Positions 13,890 through 25,848 of a DNA stretch of 64,000 nucleotides are shown here, in pieces; position 1 is the first letter of the stretch, and every line of letters begins with the position of its first letter. The notes beneath the pieces were generated by a model that had not been told where the DNA came from, ran no database searches, and was given only the letters and a program-made list of their open reading frames with translations. Source of the DNA: Azolla caroliniana (taxonomy: Eukaryota > Plantae > Polypodiophyta); NCBI GenBank assembly GCA_043228905.1, contig JBHGNT010000007.1, positions 6,138,001-6,202,000 on the forward strand. Direction: 5' to 3'. The position numbers and the translations under genes were made by a program.

Positions 13890-14650
13890 TGTTGGGAGAC
13901 AGGTCCCTCCGGATGGGAAGAGAGAAGAACGGTGCCGAAACCGGATGAGGAGTACCCGGCTACGGAGAGCTGGATGACGCAGACCCGGTGAGAACCAGAT
14001 GAGGAGTACCCGGCTACGGAGAGCCGAATGATGCAGACCCGACGAGAACCGGATGAGGAGTACCCGGCTACGAAGAGCCGGATGGTGCAGGCCCGGTGAG
14101 AACCGGATGAGGAGTACCCGGCTACAGAGAGCCGGATGGTGCAGACCCGGTGAGAACCGGATGAGTACCTGGCTACGGAGAGCCGGATGGTGCAAGCCCG
14201 GTGAGAACCGGATGAAGAGACATATTCGTAAATATGTTTCTGAGAGTCCATCGAGGCTATATTTGTAAATAGCCGAAAAGTCATATTAGTATAAATATGA
14301 CTTAGGGCAAACTTTTAGTTACTGTTGTTGTTGTCATTCCTGTTTTGCACGAGATTAGAGCGCGTAACAGTGTACAGAGAGAGAGAGAGAGAAAGAGGTC
14401 GTTGCCTCTGTTGTAACCGCCGCCTGTGGCGAAGATCGTGAGCACGAGGTCGTTGCCTCCGTGAACTCACTGTTTGTACATTCCAACATAGTGATAGTTT
14501 GCAGCCTGTGGGCTGCCGTGGTTTTTCCCTTAGTTTGGGTTTTCCACGTAAACATCCTTTGTGTCGTGCATTTAGTTCCCGTTTTCTGTGTATGATTCTA
14601 AGCTCGGTTGTGGCCGAGCGTTGAGCATAAGGAACGACACGTTCCCGTCA
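13890..14650 (+). repeat. Copia-3 3' LTR
   Basis: TG...CA ends, follows PPT GAGTGAAGGGGGAG, matches 9664-10202. Confidence 0.93.
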
Positions 14651-14835
14651 CTTCCTCCCTCGTTCGAGACCCCCATGGTCCCGCCCCTTCTACACGCACA
14701 CGCGTAATAACGCGACCTATTTGGTGAACCTGACATGAAGGGCGACAAGGAAGAATGGAGTTGGAAGAAGACGACTTCACACAACGTTTTGTCAAAGCGG
14801 TGAGGGAGTTTGGATGAGCAACAACAAGAAGAGAG

Positions 14836-15366
14836 ATGGCGCAGCAAGCTGTTGAGCGAGTGGTCGAAAGAGTCGGCCGTTTCAACGGAGACAAGGTCTC
14901 ATTCTACTTGGAAGCCTACAACGCGGAAATGGAGGAGCGAGACATAGACAAGGAGTTGAGGCTGGAGTTCTTCTGTCGGGTCGTCGTCGTCCGTATGCAC
15001 GCGGAAGTAAAGAAGATCCAAGAAGCTCATAGTTTGTGGGAGGCCTTCGAAGAGGCGCTCCTGTAGGCATATGGGGGACGGCTGAAGAGTCGGGGACGAC
15101 ACGAATTCGACCAGTGGGTGGCATCGGCGAAGACCCACCGGGGTGCAACGAAGGCGTTCCGAGTGTTCGAGCGACGGCTTGCTCAGCTCCTGGAGCGGGA
15201 GCAAGTTTTGGTGGGGGCGGACAAAGTCTTGTTGTTCGTCAGGTCGATCGACCAAGCGGAATGTGAGGCCATTAGTATCGAGCTCGAATACGAGGACGGA
15301 GCGAATGGCCTCATAGAGGATTGGTCGAAGGTCGGAAGGGTATGCCAACAACTAGATGTTGAGTGA
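14836..15366 (+). pseudogene. Trp-N gag remnant
   Basis: VGRFNGDKVSFYLEAYNAEM..LLFVRSID aligns by eye with IGRFSGKDATKYLASYGAEM..LLFVKTVD of ORF 24419-25195. Confidence 0.8.
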
Positions 15367-16505
15367 GCTGAGAAGGCTGGGAGGAAGGCGTGCGACGGCG
15401 CACCATCACAGCGGGAAGAGCTCGAACAACAAAGAGAATCGGCAAGGCTCGGCTTCGCGGCCAGGATTGCAAAGGCGTACACAGCTCTCAAAGGCAATGC
15501 TCGAGGAAGAGGAAAGAGTGAGGTTGCAAGCCAATGCCGAGGAGATAGACTTGCCCCGTGAAATGGCAGAAGATCGGTAGGACGATAGGACGGGAGAGGG
15601 TGCGGAACAAAACGCCCTCTCAGCCTGCGGAGATAGAACGGCCGAGGACAAGGCCGAGGTACCGATCGCGGAATTGGAACATTGGGACCGACGGTTTCAG
15701 ACATGTCAGCCCGAAACTCTGGATATTGGAGAAGCAAGCCCAGGCAAGGCTTGCGCGATCGGTAAGGAGACGACCACCGACCACGAAGAGCCAGTGGCTA
15801 CGGACAAGGGCGCAAATAGGACGGGCGATTCTACGTGTCTTCCCACACTTGCTCCCAAGGTAATGGCAGTCGGGCCCGAGTTCCCATGTGAGTCCCAAGA
15901 GGAGGAAGGTGGCGGCGGGAGACCAAGAATCGCCGGCGAGATGATACGAGGAAGGAGCAGACAAAAGCCCTCGGAACTGATTCTGGAGAACTCGGCATTT
16001 GGGCCCTTACGCCCACGTGAGATCGAGGAGATGGATGACAACGTTGAGGAGTCCTGGCATGATGCCAGCAAAGATGGATGAGAAATGGCCCGCGAGAAGG
16101 TCGACGATAGAACTATGAAATGACCCAACCGGGGACCGGACCGCGCAACACTTCGATTTAGGTGGGGCACGATCCGGTCGTGGATTGTTTGATCGGGGCC
16201 AGAATCGGCATAAGGGTGCTGGTACGGGAGAGGGTGCGGAACGAGCCGCCCTCTTTTACATGGGGAGAAAGACTGACCGGGCGAAGGTCGGGAATCAAAA
16301 GGAAGGTGATCAAGCGTTCATAACGAATCCAGCGGAATCAGCATCGGAACTGAAACTCCGGACATTGGAGAATCAAGCCTAGGCATGGCTTGGTTGATCA
16401 CAGAGTGGATGCTATCCACCGACACCACTAAAAGGGTTGGTGGCCTGGGACGAGTCGCCGGAGGACGTTATGGAATTAGTTACCCCACATCTTGACTAGA
16501 GACTT

Positions 16506-17114
16506 TGATGAGCAATAATCGTCACTTTCAATCTTCACCTCTCGGCCACAACCAAGGAAAAGGAAACACACGAATCGTTGTTGCAGAAAATGGGAAATGC
16601 GAAAAATAGAGTGGACACACGATTTATCGTGGAAAACCCTGTACGGGAAAAACCACGGGAGTACAAGACTCCGAACCAAAACTATGCACAGAGAAACGTA
16701 CAATGGCGAGCTGCAAGGCGACGACCTTGAGCTCGCTGTCCTCGCCACAGGCGGCGGAAATACACAGAGGCGTCGACCTCTTCCTCTCTCACGCGCTCTA
16801 TCTCTCTCACGGCTGCTCTCTCTTCACTCCTCTTGAGTGGAAAAACAGAAAAATAAGTAGCAACATTAAAACTGTTTGCCCTAAGTCATATTTATACACA
16901 TATGACTTTAGGGCTATTTACAACTATAGCCTCAAGGGCCCTTGGCAAACATATTCACAGATATGTCCCCGCATCCGGATCTCGCTCCGGGTACATTCGT
17001 CATCCGGCTCCGAAGCCGGGGTCTTCATCATCCGGTTCCGAAACCGAAACCGGGCTTGTCGGCATTCATCTCCGACATCCGACCATCCCATCTGAAGGGA
17101 CCGTAATCCCAACA
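16506..17114 (-). mobile_element. Solo Copia LTR, TSD GACTT (relative of the Copia-6 LTR)
   Basis: GACTT at 16501-16505 and 17115-17119; TG...CA ends; similar to 51791-52448. Confidence 0.92.
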
Positions 17115-18839
17115 GACTTTGGCAGTTCAGCCGGCGTGGCAACGTGAGACCGAAAGAGATGGAAGATGGAGGCGGGAACGCAGAAGTGGAGAGCGAAGAC
17201 CGGTCCTATGGATCACCTCACACCAGATCTAGAGACTTTGGCAGTCGGCATCGGGTTCGACGTAAGACCAAGATATTGACGGTGGCGGCAGGAGAACGGG
17301 ACCCAACAATCTAGAGAGGACGGACGGACCCGGACGAGAACTGGGCGGAGCGGACTTCAGGATAACCGATCCGGAAGAGGGGAGAGAGTAGGCGTACGAA
17401 GGGGCCGGGGGACACGGTACATCGGTACCACGGGAGAGGATGTGGAGCGAGCCACCCTCTCGACTTGCGGATAAAGATGACCCGGGATAAGGGTCAGAAA
17501 TACAACGAGCCCGAGGAGGATCCTCGATCCTCCACACCCGCTTTGGAGATCTCGGCGGCTCAGTCGGAGTGGCAACGACTGGCGAGGCAAGCCAAGCCCG
17601 AGATGACAAGCTAGTGGGGGCGAGGGGATGACGGCAAGTAGAAGGCTCCGGATCGGTCACAGTGGCGCGAGACGAAAGGGAGCCAACCGGGCTACTACGG
17701 GGTGTTCCTTGGACACGGAGGACACCGGTATGCGAAGAGGAAGACATTGCACGATCTGGCCGGGCAAGGGCCGACAACGTGTGCGAAAGGGGTAACCGGA
17801 GTTGGCATGGCGGTGCCGAACAACGACAAGGGAATGCCAGCACACAGAGGCACAAAGGATGGTTGTCGGTTTAGGTGATCTCGAACGGAAGGCTGGAGAG
17901 GGATCCTCCACACTGGTTCCGGAGTCCTTGGCAGTCCGAGCCGACGTGGCAACATAAGACCAAGGAGACGGAAGGTGGCAACGAGGGGACGAAGGTGATG
18001 GGCAACAACATGGGAGGGCAACCCAGATGACGCGAAGGGCACCGACATGGAGGTTGGGGTGACGGCACACTCTACCGTGAAAGAGCGCGGCAAGCAAGGG
18101 AAAAACATGGAGCGCGTAATCGGGTCACCTACGGGCCAAAGAACGAGCACGTATTCGGAGAGCAATGACGACACACGGAAAGAGCCCACAGGGGACATGC
18201 ATGGTGAGCGAAGGAAAAGAGACCGGATCGGCAACGGTGTTCGGGAGGGCTGATCGAAGAAGAAGGAGCCGGCAAGACGGATCGGCGCCGGCAAGGAACC
18301 GACAAGACGGTCGGGTGCCGAGAAGGTGAAGAAACCGGTTGATCACCGTCATCGAGATCTTTCACCCCTTTCTTTCTTGGCACGTATCAGTGGACATGCG
18401 GTTTGGTGGGGGTGGATATCGTGAAGATTTCCGGCTACAGTGTGGAACTGAGGTGGAATAGGCCAAGTCGGTGGTGTACAATGTGTGCACATGTATAGTA
18501 GGAAACAATGTGTAGCAAAAAGGGGAGAATTTACCCCACACTGTAACGTCCCTCCCTCGGGCTATAAAAGGAAGGGAGGTGTCTCTTGTAAGGGGTTGCC
18601 CATTTTTGTGTTAGGAGGGAATACCGTTAGATTTAGGGCTAGGCAGCTTCATCTTGGTAGTTTCTTTTTTTTCTCTTCTTCTTTATCGTCGTGGAGGTTG
18701 AGAGTTCGTGTCTGCTTAGGGTTTGCTTCTGTTCGGTCTCCTGTGCAAGACCTCGATCGGCGTGACGAGCCCGAGAGCTCCCCGATCGGCAGCTTGGCAA
18801 GATCCGACCCTTTCATCTTCTGCTCTTCTGCCGCCTCTT

Positions 18840-18856
18840 TCACGTCGGGTTCACCA
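18840..18856 (-). promoter_or_regulatory. Primer-binding site, tRNA-Trp
   Basis: Plus strand TCACGTCGGGTTCACCA matches the 3' end of plant tRNA-Trp(CCA) as recalled; also at ~25192, ~41698, ~61781 and decayed at 14722. Confidence 0.85.
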
Positions 18857-19568
18857 AGATGTCGAGGTATTCCTCGCGGATGCGTGGAATGAGGCGGAAC
18901 CTCGGGGGTCCTGTACCAAAGAGCAAGAGAGGAAGGGGAAGAATCCCTCTACGTGTGAGCGTAGATCCAGAGGGACACGGCCCTTCGACGCAAAGACGCA
19001 AGTGGGACAGCGACACAGAAAGACACGAATGTATGTATGTATTGACAAAGACAAACAACAAGAACACGAAGACAACAAAACACGAAGTCGGTTACAACCG
19101 AACAGGCCGGCGAACAGATGTCGATACCTGCTCGTAAACGCACAGAGAGGAAGGAGTAGGTTGGAGGTGCTGCCGGAAGCACTCGGGCATTCCTCAGAGC
19201 AGCGCGAGCCTCCCGAAACCTGCACAGAAGGAAGCTATGGCGTTTGCAAACCAGAGAGAGAGAGAAGCCTTCGCACGTAAACCGACAGCACTTCGTCCTC
19301 GACTCTCCGCGATCCCCTCGCCCCTCCTCGTCTCCCTCCTTTTATAGGCAAGGAAGGAGCCGTTTCCCCCTTTACTTCCTACCTACCGAACCTACCTAGG
19401 ATCTCCTATGTACAACATAAGGCGCACGTGCATGAAGAGTCGGTTCCTACGCTCCGGTGCACCGATTCCGCTTGTGGACGGTTTTCTTCACGACATCCGC
19501 CCCCACCTAACCGCGCATCCACCGGCATGCGCCAAATTGTGTTGGGACGGAGAAAACCGGTCCAGCCT

Positions 19569-22500
19569 TCATTCTCCGCCTGTCAGTTCTTCCTCGGCTT
19601 CGGATCGCTCATCGTCGCGGTCCAAGTCAACCGGATCCGGCTCGTCGTCGTGACGCTTCTTGAATGCTTTGATCCGCTTCCCAGCTACCGGTATCGCCAT
19701 TCTCGTACCATCGAGTTCTGCCAGATGGTACGTCCCGTTGTCCTTGGCGCTTTGTACCACGTAAGGCCCGAACCACCTTCTTGCGAACTTCCGTGTCGCT
19801 CGGTGCTGGTTGTCGAGGCTGTTGTCGTAGACTAGCACCCAGTCGCCTTCCTCGATCTTCTTCGGTCGTAGCCGGTGTGTTCGGTCAAACCGGGCTTTGT
19901 TCCTCATCCTTGCTTCCCGAAGCTTTTCCGCAGCCTGCTCCACGTCCTTCGGTCTTCGCTCGAGCTGTTGTATACGCGCCGCCAGCAATTCCTCCCGGCT
20001 CATCTCGTCTCTCCAGTCCACGGTTGCCCACGAGGAGATCGTACGTTCCATCAGCATGACCGGCTTCTGCCCAAACATGAGCTCTGCTGGCATGAACCCG
20101 GTTACCAAACTGTGCGTAGTTCGGTCCGCCCACAACGCGTAAGGCAGCAGTCGCGGCCAGTTCCCGACTTGAGCTCCGCATGCCCGAACTAACGCCTTGA
20201 CGATCGGTCCGTGTCCGCACTCCACCTTTCCATTCGCCTCCCGGATTGTACGCAGTGGTAAGCGAGAGCTTGACTCCTAGCCGGTCGAACAGCTCCTGGG
20301 CCTTTTCGGCGTCCAACTTCCCGACGCACCCGTACCGGCATATCACGTCCTCAATCAGGAACCGACATACGGCCGCGGTCGTTTTGTTTTGAAGGGCTCG
20401 GCCTTCTACCTGGTTCGTCAGATCTTCCCGAGCCAGGACCAGGTACCGCATCTGTTCTACTCCCATCGGCATCGTCACCAGATCTACCATCCATTTGAAG
20501 TGGATGGTCCGCGGGTACGTAGGGTCAAGCTCGTCCCGATGTCGGACTACGGAGTGCATCTGACAGCTCTCGCAAGTCGTCACGAACCGGTGCACGTCCC
20601 GGTACAGTCCCGGCCACCAGTACTTCCCCTTTACCTTCTCGAACGTGGCCCACGTTCCACGGTGTCCAATCCAAGGGCTGTCGTGGTAGGCCGTCAGCAG
20701 CTCCTCCTCTTCTTCCTTCATCGCCACCACCCGGAGCAGGACGCCGTTCCTCTTCTTCGGGTGCTTCCATAAGTATCCGTCCCGGAGAAAGAATCGGTAA
20801 GCTTTCTTCCGGATCCGGTTGGCCTCTTCCTTCGTCCATGACGCATCCGGCGTCATCGTCCTCAAAAATCCACCGATGTGGAGCCACTCGCCATCGTACT
20901 TGCTCTCATCGAAGTTGTTAAGTGCCGGAGTGCTCGCCCCGTCGGTCGTCACGTACGCCGCCTCGAAGAAGTTTACGCCGACTTCTTCGGCCTCCGAAAC
21001 CATGCCGCCTTTGTCATCAAACCTCACCCTCGAAAGCATGTCGGCCATGGCATTGTCTTTTCCGGAAATGTGTCGTATTTCCGGGTCCAGGGACTTGATG
21101 TACGCTATCCACCTGAGCATCGCCAGGTCCGGTGTCGCGCATCCCTAAACCATGCCGAGAATCGGTAGGCAATCCGTCTCGATAACCACTTCTGTCCCGA
21201 TCAGGTAGTCTTTGTCGGCCTTTACTGCCGAAACGATACCCCAGAGTTCGCGTTTAACCTGGGCGTACCCTCGCTGTTGTTCACTGAGGACCTTCGCGCC
21301 GAATCGGATCGGGAACCGAATGCCGTCCCCGTCTTCTTGGTTGACGACCCATCCGATCCCGGTCGGACTCGTATCCACCGTTATGTATACCGGGGTACCC
21401 TTCTCGTAGACAGCCTTCCGGAGCGCTGGTGCTGCCGCAAGAGCTTCCTTCAGCTTCCGGACTGACTCCATGTGCTCGTCTCGCCACTCGAATTTTCGCC
21501 CTTTCTTCAGCAACCCGTATAGCGGCTCCGCAACGTGGGCGTAATGAGGGATCCATATGTGGTAGAACGCGCATGCCCCCAGGAACCTCCGAACTTCCGT
21601 AACCGAGCTACAATCGGTCTTCATCGCGGAGATGGCTTCTACCTTTGCCGGAGACGGCTTCCGGCCATAAGGTCCACATAGGTGTCCGACCACTAGGATT
21701 TCCGATTGCCCGAAGGCCAATTTCTCCCCGGAGAAGGTGAGCCTCACATCCTCTAGCCTTTGTAGCACCTTCTCGCAGTCGTCGATGTGTGTCGCCACGA
21801 ATCGCCGGCATCCGTCCGGCCCGACTGTCTCGTCCTTCTCCTCCACCGGGCACCCCTTGATCGGGTTGTCGTCTAGAAACGGCATGGTGATGTCCGGGAT
21901 GCAATCCCTCAGTACCTTGTTCATTGCATTCACCATGTGGGCCACCGAGTTGGTCCCTCCTTGTGGCAGGGTACACATTCGCACTAGGCCGAGGGTAGTT
22001 TGCATCGTCGTAATATCTCTGCTCTCCACGGCTAGCTGGAACTGGTCGTACCCTGAGTACAGATCACCGACCGAGTAAATCGACCTTCCGGCGAAGGCCT
22101 CCGCAAACTCGTCTATGGTTGGTCTGATTCCTGCGTTCCGAATGGTCACTCTATTGACCGGCTGCAGGTCTTGAATGAAGCGCATCGTCCCGTTTTTCTT
22201 TGGTACGGTAAACCATCGGTTCGAGTATGGGGCACTCGACGGTTCGAGAATGCCCATATCTACTTTCTGCCTCAATAACTCCATCAACTTCGGGATGTGA
22301 GCTCTCGGTACCGGAATCGGCTTGACATTCCACAGCACATGCGGTATTGTGAATATCACCATTGGCTCCACGATCGTCGGGTCTGCGCACCCGATCTCGT
22401 CCGGTGAGAATGCGAAGGCTTTCCCGTGCCTTCTGAGCATTCTCCGAAACCGGTCTTCCTCCGCCGGCAGTAGGAACCCGCCCCCACCGATCTTGAGCTC

Positions 22501-25195
22501 CCGGAGCGTCCCGTCGGTGAAGGTGTGTCCTATGCAGGCCGGATCTTGTAAACTGGGGTCCGACGCCACCCCTCTGATTCAGGACTCGCTGCCCTCCGGT
22601 AAGGGTGCGGCGACCGGCCTTACCTTCCGATCCACAGTCTTGTACTTCGTGCTGACTCGGGCCATCCGATCCGACTCGAGCCCCTGACTGAAGTCCGCGA
22701 TGACTTCGTACATCTCTTCGGAACATACCGGTATCGTCCGGTCTTCGTTAAGGTCTTCTCCGGTTACCTTCCTCAGCATCCCCAAGGTGTCGTCGAAGGA
22801 GACCGCCTCCACGGCCCCGCTGATTTCCTCGTCCGGGCCGAGAACTCCGCACGCTTGCAGTCACTCCTCCGCCCTTGCCCTTTCTCGGCCAACGATGCCG
22901 ACTATCATACACCCTCCGTTGCCAGAGAAGCAGAATTTTCTACCTATCGTACAAGGTTTCTTCGGTTTCGGTTCTATCGTACAGCTGTGGGGTCTTTCCC
23001 GAGTGTCCAGACTGTCTCGGCCCCACGCCTTGGCAGCCCTCTCTAAAAATCCTCCTGGTTCTCGCCACCGAGGGATTCGCGGTTCCGCTCGTGGTTCGGT
23101 CTCACGGTCAGAAATTGGACCGAATGGCGCCCGTCCTAGCTTTTGACCCTTGCGTAGGCCGAACCGTTGTCTAGCACCTTGGTCTCCATTCGCGCCGCCG
23201 TGATGTATGGTTCACCTAATATGACCGGGTGCGAGGACGTCTCCTGTACGAAGAAGTGCTGGTCAATCTCGACGTCGCCGATCTTGACTCGCACGTTCAG
23301 GCAGGCCCCATGCAGTTCCTCGGTAGCGCGCGTCGCCGCCCGTATCTTCCACCCGTGCTTGGTGTTGATCGGCCACTTCCCCTTCTTATAGAAGTCCATG
23401 GACATCAGGTTTATTTCCGAACCGTGGTCCACCAACGCCACCACCGTTTCCTGAACATCTACGATCTTTACCGAGGTCTCTGTGGTCGCTCGGGCCCACT
23501 GTGGCCTCGAATAGTGGCTCTCCGCCCACTCATCTGCCAGCGCCGAGTCGTCGATGTGCGTCGTCCGCACCTCTACCGGTCTTTCCGGATCCGTCTCCGT
23601 CGACAGCCTCTTCCGTTTCACCAAGTCTACAATGGAGTCGTGGAACTCCTTCTTGGCAATCCCTAGCACCTCCCGCAATGACAACTCCACCTTGCTGTCG
23701 AGGATCCGTTCTTCTAGGACCTTTCGTAGGTCCGTAGTCCTTTCTATTTCCGTCCCCAATCGGTATTCGCCCTTCCTGGGGTTATCTTGCAAGCCGGACC
23801 CACCGGCATCGTTCCGTCGCTGCCCGAATCGGGTCTCGTACCGTTGTGAGGGCCCGGCCGCTCCGGCTTTCCCCACTCACTTGTCTTCTACCAGAGCCTC
23901 GTACTTTCGGCAGGCGGCTTCTACGAAGCCCGTCTTCTCCTCGACCGGATCGCTCCACCCGGTTATTTCCCGGACCCGTCTCTCAGCGCGGTCTGTTTCA
24001 TCCTTCCTTAGCCGTGCGCCGGCAAGACCTTCCAGCATTGCCGCCCAAAATCCGTCTTTGCCCTCCTTTCGGGCCTCGCTGCACCCGACCCGAATGCCGG
24101 CCGACGCCGAGTAGTGGATGGCCTCCACATGTCGGGCCGCTGCCTCTTCCATCAGTCTCTTCATACCTCCTCGTCCGTCGTTTCGGTTCAGGGCCCTCCT
24201 GGTGTCGCCGGCGTGCACCCGGCCTTCCCACAGGTACACCACCCGGTTCCTCAACGCTTCTGTGAAATCGCCGCAGTCCTTCCGGATGTGGCCGACCTCG
24301 TCGCACCACATGCACTTGTTCCCTGCTGCCGGCCGTCGGTCACGAGCCGGTTCGCTGCCTTCCCTTCGAGTCTGGGCGATCTAGAGATCCTTTATCGCCC
24401 GCGTCAACTCCTCCAGCGCTACTCCTCCGGACGAGCCATTGACCATGCCGGTCGAAGCCGGGCCGGTTTCGAGCCATTTCCGGGTTTCTTCACTTCGCCC
24501 TTGCGGTGCCGGTTCAAGCCTCCTTGCTGTGACAGCCCCGCACCGGCCGCCCCGTTATCAGCCCATTCTCGCCGTTTGTCGAAACGGCCACAGACTCTCT
24601 TAACCGCTGCCCAGTCGGTCGTCAGCCCGTCTTTGGTTTCCAGCAAGGAGCCGACTTGATCCCGGTCCCGCTCGTCCACCGTCTTGACGAACAGTAGGAC
24701 CCGGCTCGTATCTAGAATGGTTCGGTCAAGCGCCGAAAGGCGCGCAAAGCGTTCTTCGAACTCCCGGAGGAGTGCCGACGCGTTTCTTCCCTTGCCGGGG
24801 GACTCCACCCATTCCATGAAGTCTCGTTTCGAAAGCCGGAGCGCGTCGTCCAGCCCGTATTTTTCCAGGAGTCGGCCTTCGAACTCCTCCCAGGTGCGGC
24901 TCTCCGCCCGCACCTCGATCACCTCCGCATGGATGCTCGGCATCGCCACTCGAGGAAACCCGGCAAGACGCCTCTCTTCCGGAATGTCCCGCATCAGCAT
25001 TTCTGCCCCGTAGGACGCCAAATACTTCGTGGCATCCTTTCCGCTGAACCGGCCGATCGTACCGACGACCGCCTCAATGGCTCTGTCGAGGGCGTCGGAG
25101 CCCTCGCGTGCGCTCAGTATCCGATCCACGGCCGAAGCCATGGCCTCTGCAAGATCCGACCCTTTCATCTTCTGCTCTTCTGCCGCCTCTTTCAC
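19569..25195 (-). pseudogene. Trp-G1 gag-PR / RT-RH-INT
   Basis: CMWCDEVGHIRKDC, LVDHGSEINL, DLYSGYDQ..LPQGGTNS..FLDD, TVDTSPTGIG, INT with FGPY; a few stops and frameshifts. Confidence 0.95.
23043..23052 (-). other. Predicted -1 ribosomal frameshift site G_GAT_TTT_TAG (also 39607-39616 and 59645-59654)
   Basis: The gag-PR frame stops at this TAG; the -1 frame (GFLERA..) runs into the RT frame; conserved in three diverged copies with a downstream GTGGGG/CCCCAC stem. Confidence 0.75.
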
Positions 25196-25848
25196 GTCGG
25201 TTCACCAAGATGTCGAGGTATTCCTCGCGGATGCGTGGAATGAGGCGGAACCTCGGGGGTCCTGTACCAAAGAGCAAGAGAGGAAGGGGAAGAATCCCTC
25301 TACGTGCGAGCGTAGATCCACAGGGACACGGCCCTTCGACGCAAAGACGCAAGTGGGACAGCGACACAGAAAGACACGAATGTATGTATGTATTGACAAA
25401 GACAAACAACAAGAACACGAAGACAACAAAACACGAAGTCGGTTACAACCGAACAGGCCGGCGAACAGATGCCGATACCTGCTCGTAAACGCACAGAGAG
25501 GAAGGAGTAGGTTGGAGGTGTTGCCGGAAGCACTCGGGCATTCCTCAGAGCAGCGCGAGCCTCCCGAAACCTGCACAGAAGGAAGCTATGGCGTTTGCAA
25601 ACCAGAGAGAGAGAGAGAAGCCTTCGCACGCAAACCGACAGCACTTCGTCCTCGACTCTCCGCGATCCCCTCGCCCCTCCTCGTCTCCCTCCTTTTATAG
25701 GCAAGGAAGGAGTCGTTTCCCCTTTTACTTCCTACCTACCGAACCTACCTAGGATCTCCTATGTACAACATAAGGCGCACGTGCATGAAGAGTCGGTTCG
25801 TACGCTCCGGTGCACCGATTCCACTTGTGGACGGTTTTCTTCACGATA

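Larger units (their letters stand above)
9664..14650 (+). mobile_element. Ty1/Copia element (Copia-3), TSD CTTCC
   Basis: CTTCC at 9659-9663 and 14651-14655; 5' LTR 9664-~10202 (U5, PBS and gag start deleted); PPT; 3' LTR 13890-14650. Confidence 0.95.
9032..18797 (+). mobile_element. Non-autonomous gag-only Gypsy derivative of the Trp-primed family (Trp-N)
   Basis: 5' LTR 9032-9663 plus 14651-14717 (split by Copia-3), decayed Trp PBS from 14722, gag remnant, no pol, PPT before 18417, truncated 3' LTR 18417-18797 matching 9032-9400. Confidence 0.82.
18798..25848 (-). mobile_element. tRNA-Trp-primed Ty3/Gypsy element (Trp-G1) with an extra PBS and gag stub beyond its 3' LTR
   Basis: Near-identical LTRs 25211-25848 and 18860-19495 (TGTCG...CGACA), PBS 25192-25207, PPT next to 19496, gag-PR-RT-RH-INT. 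Confidence 0.95.

Noticed and set aside
18840-18856. tRNA-Trp gene
   Set aside because: Only the 3' 17-18 nt including CCA, next to an LTR: a primer-binding site.
18723-19280. ORFs duplicated at 25029-25700, and at 34810/41863
   Set aside because: Chance ORFs within paired LTRs.
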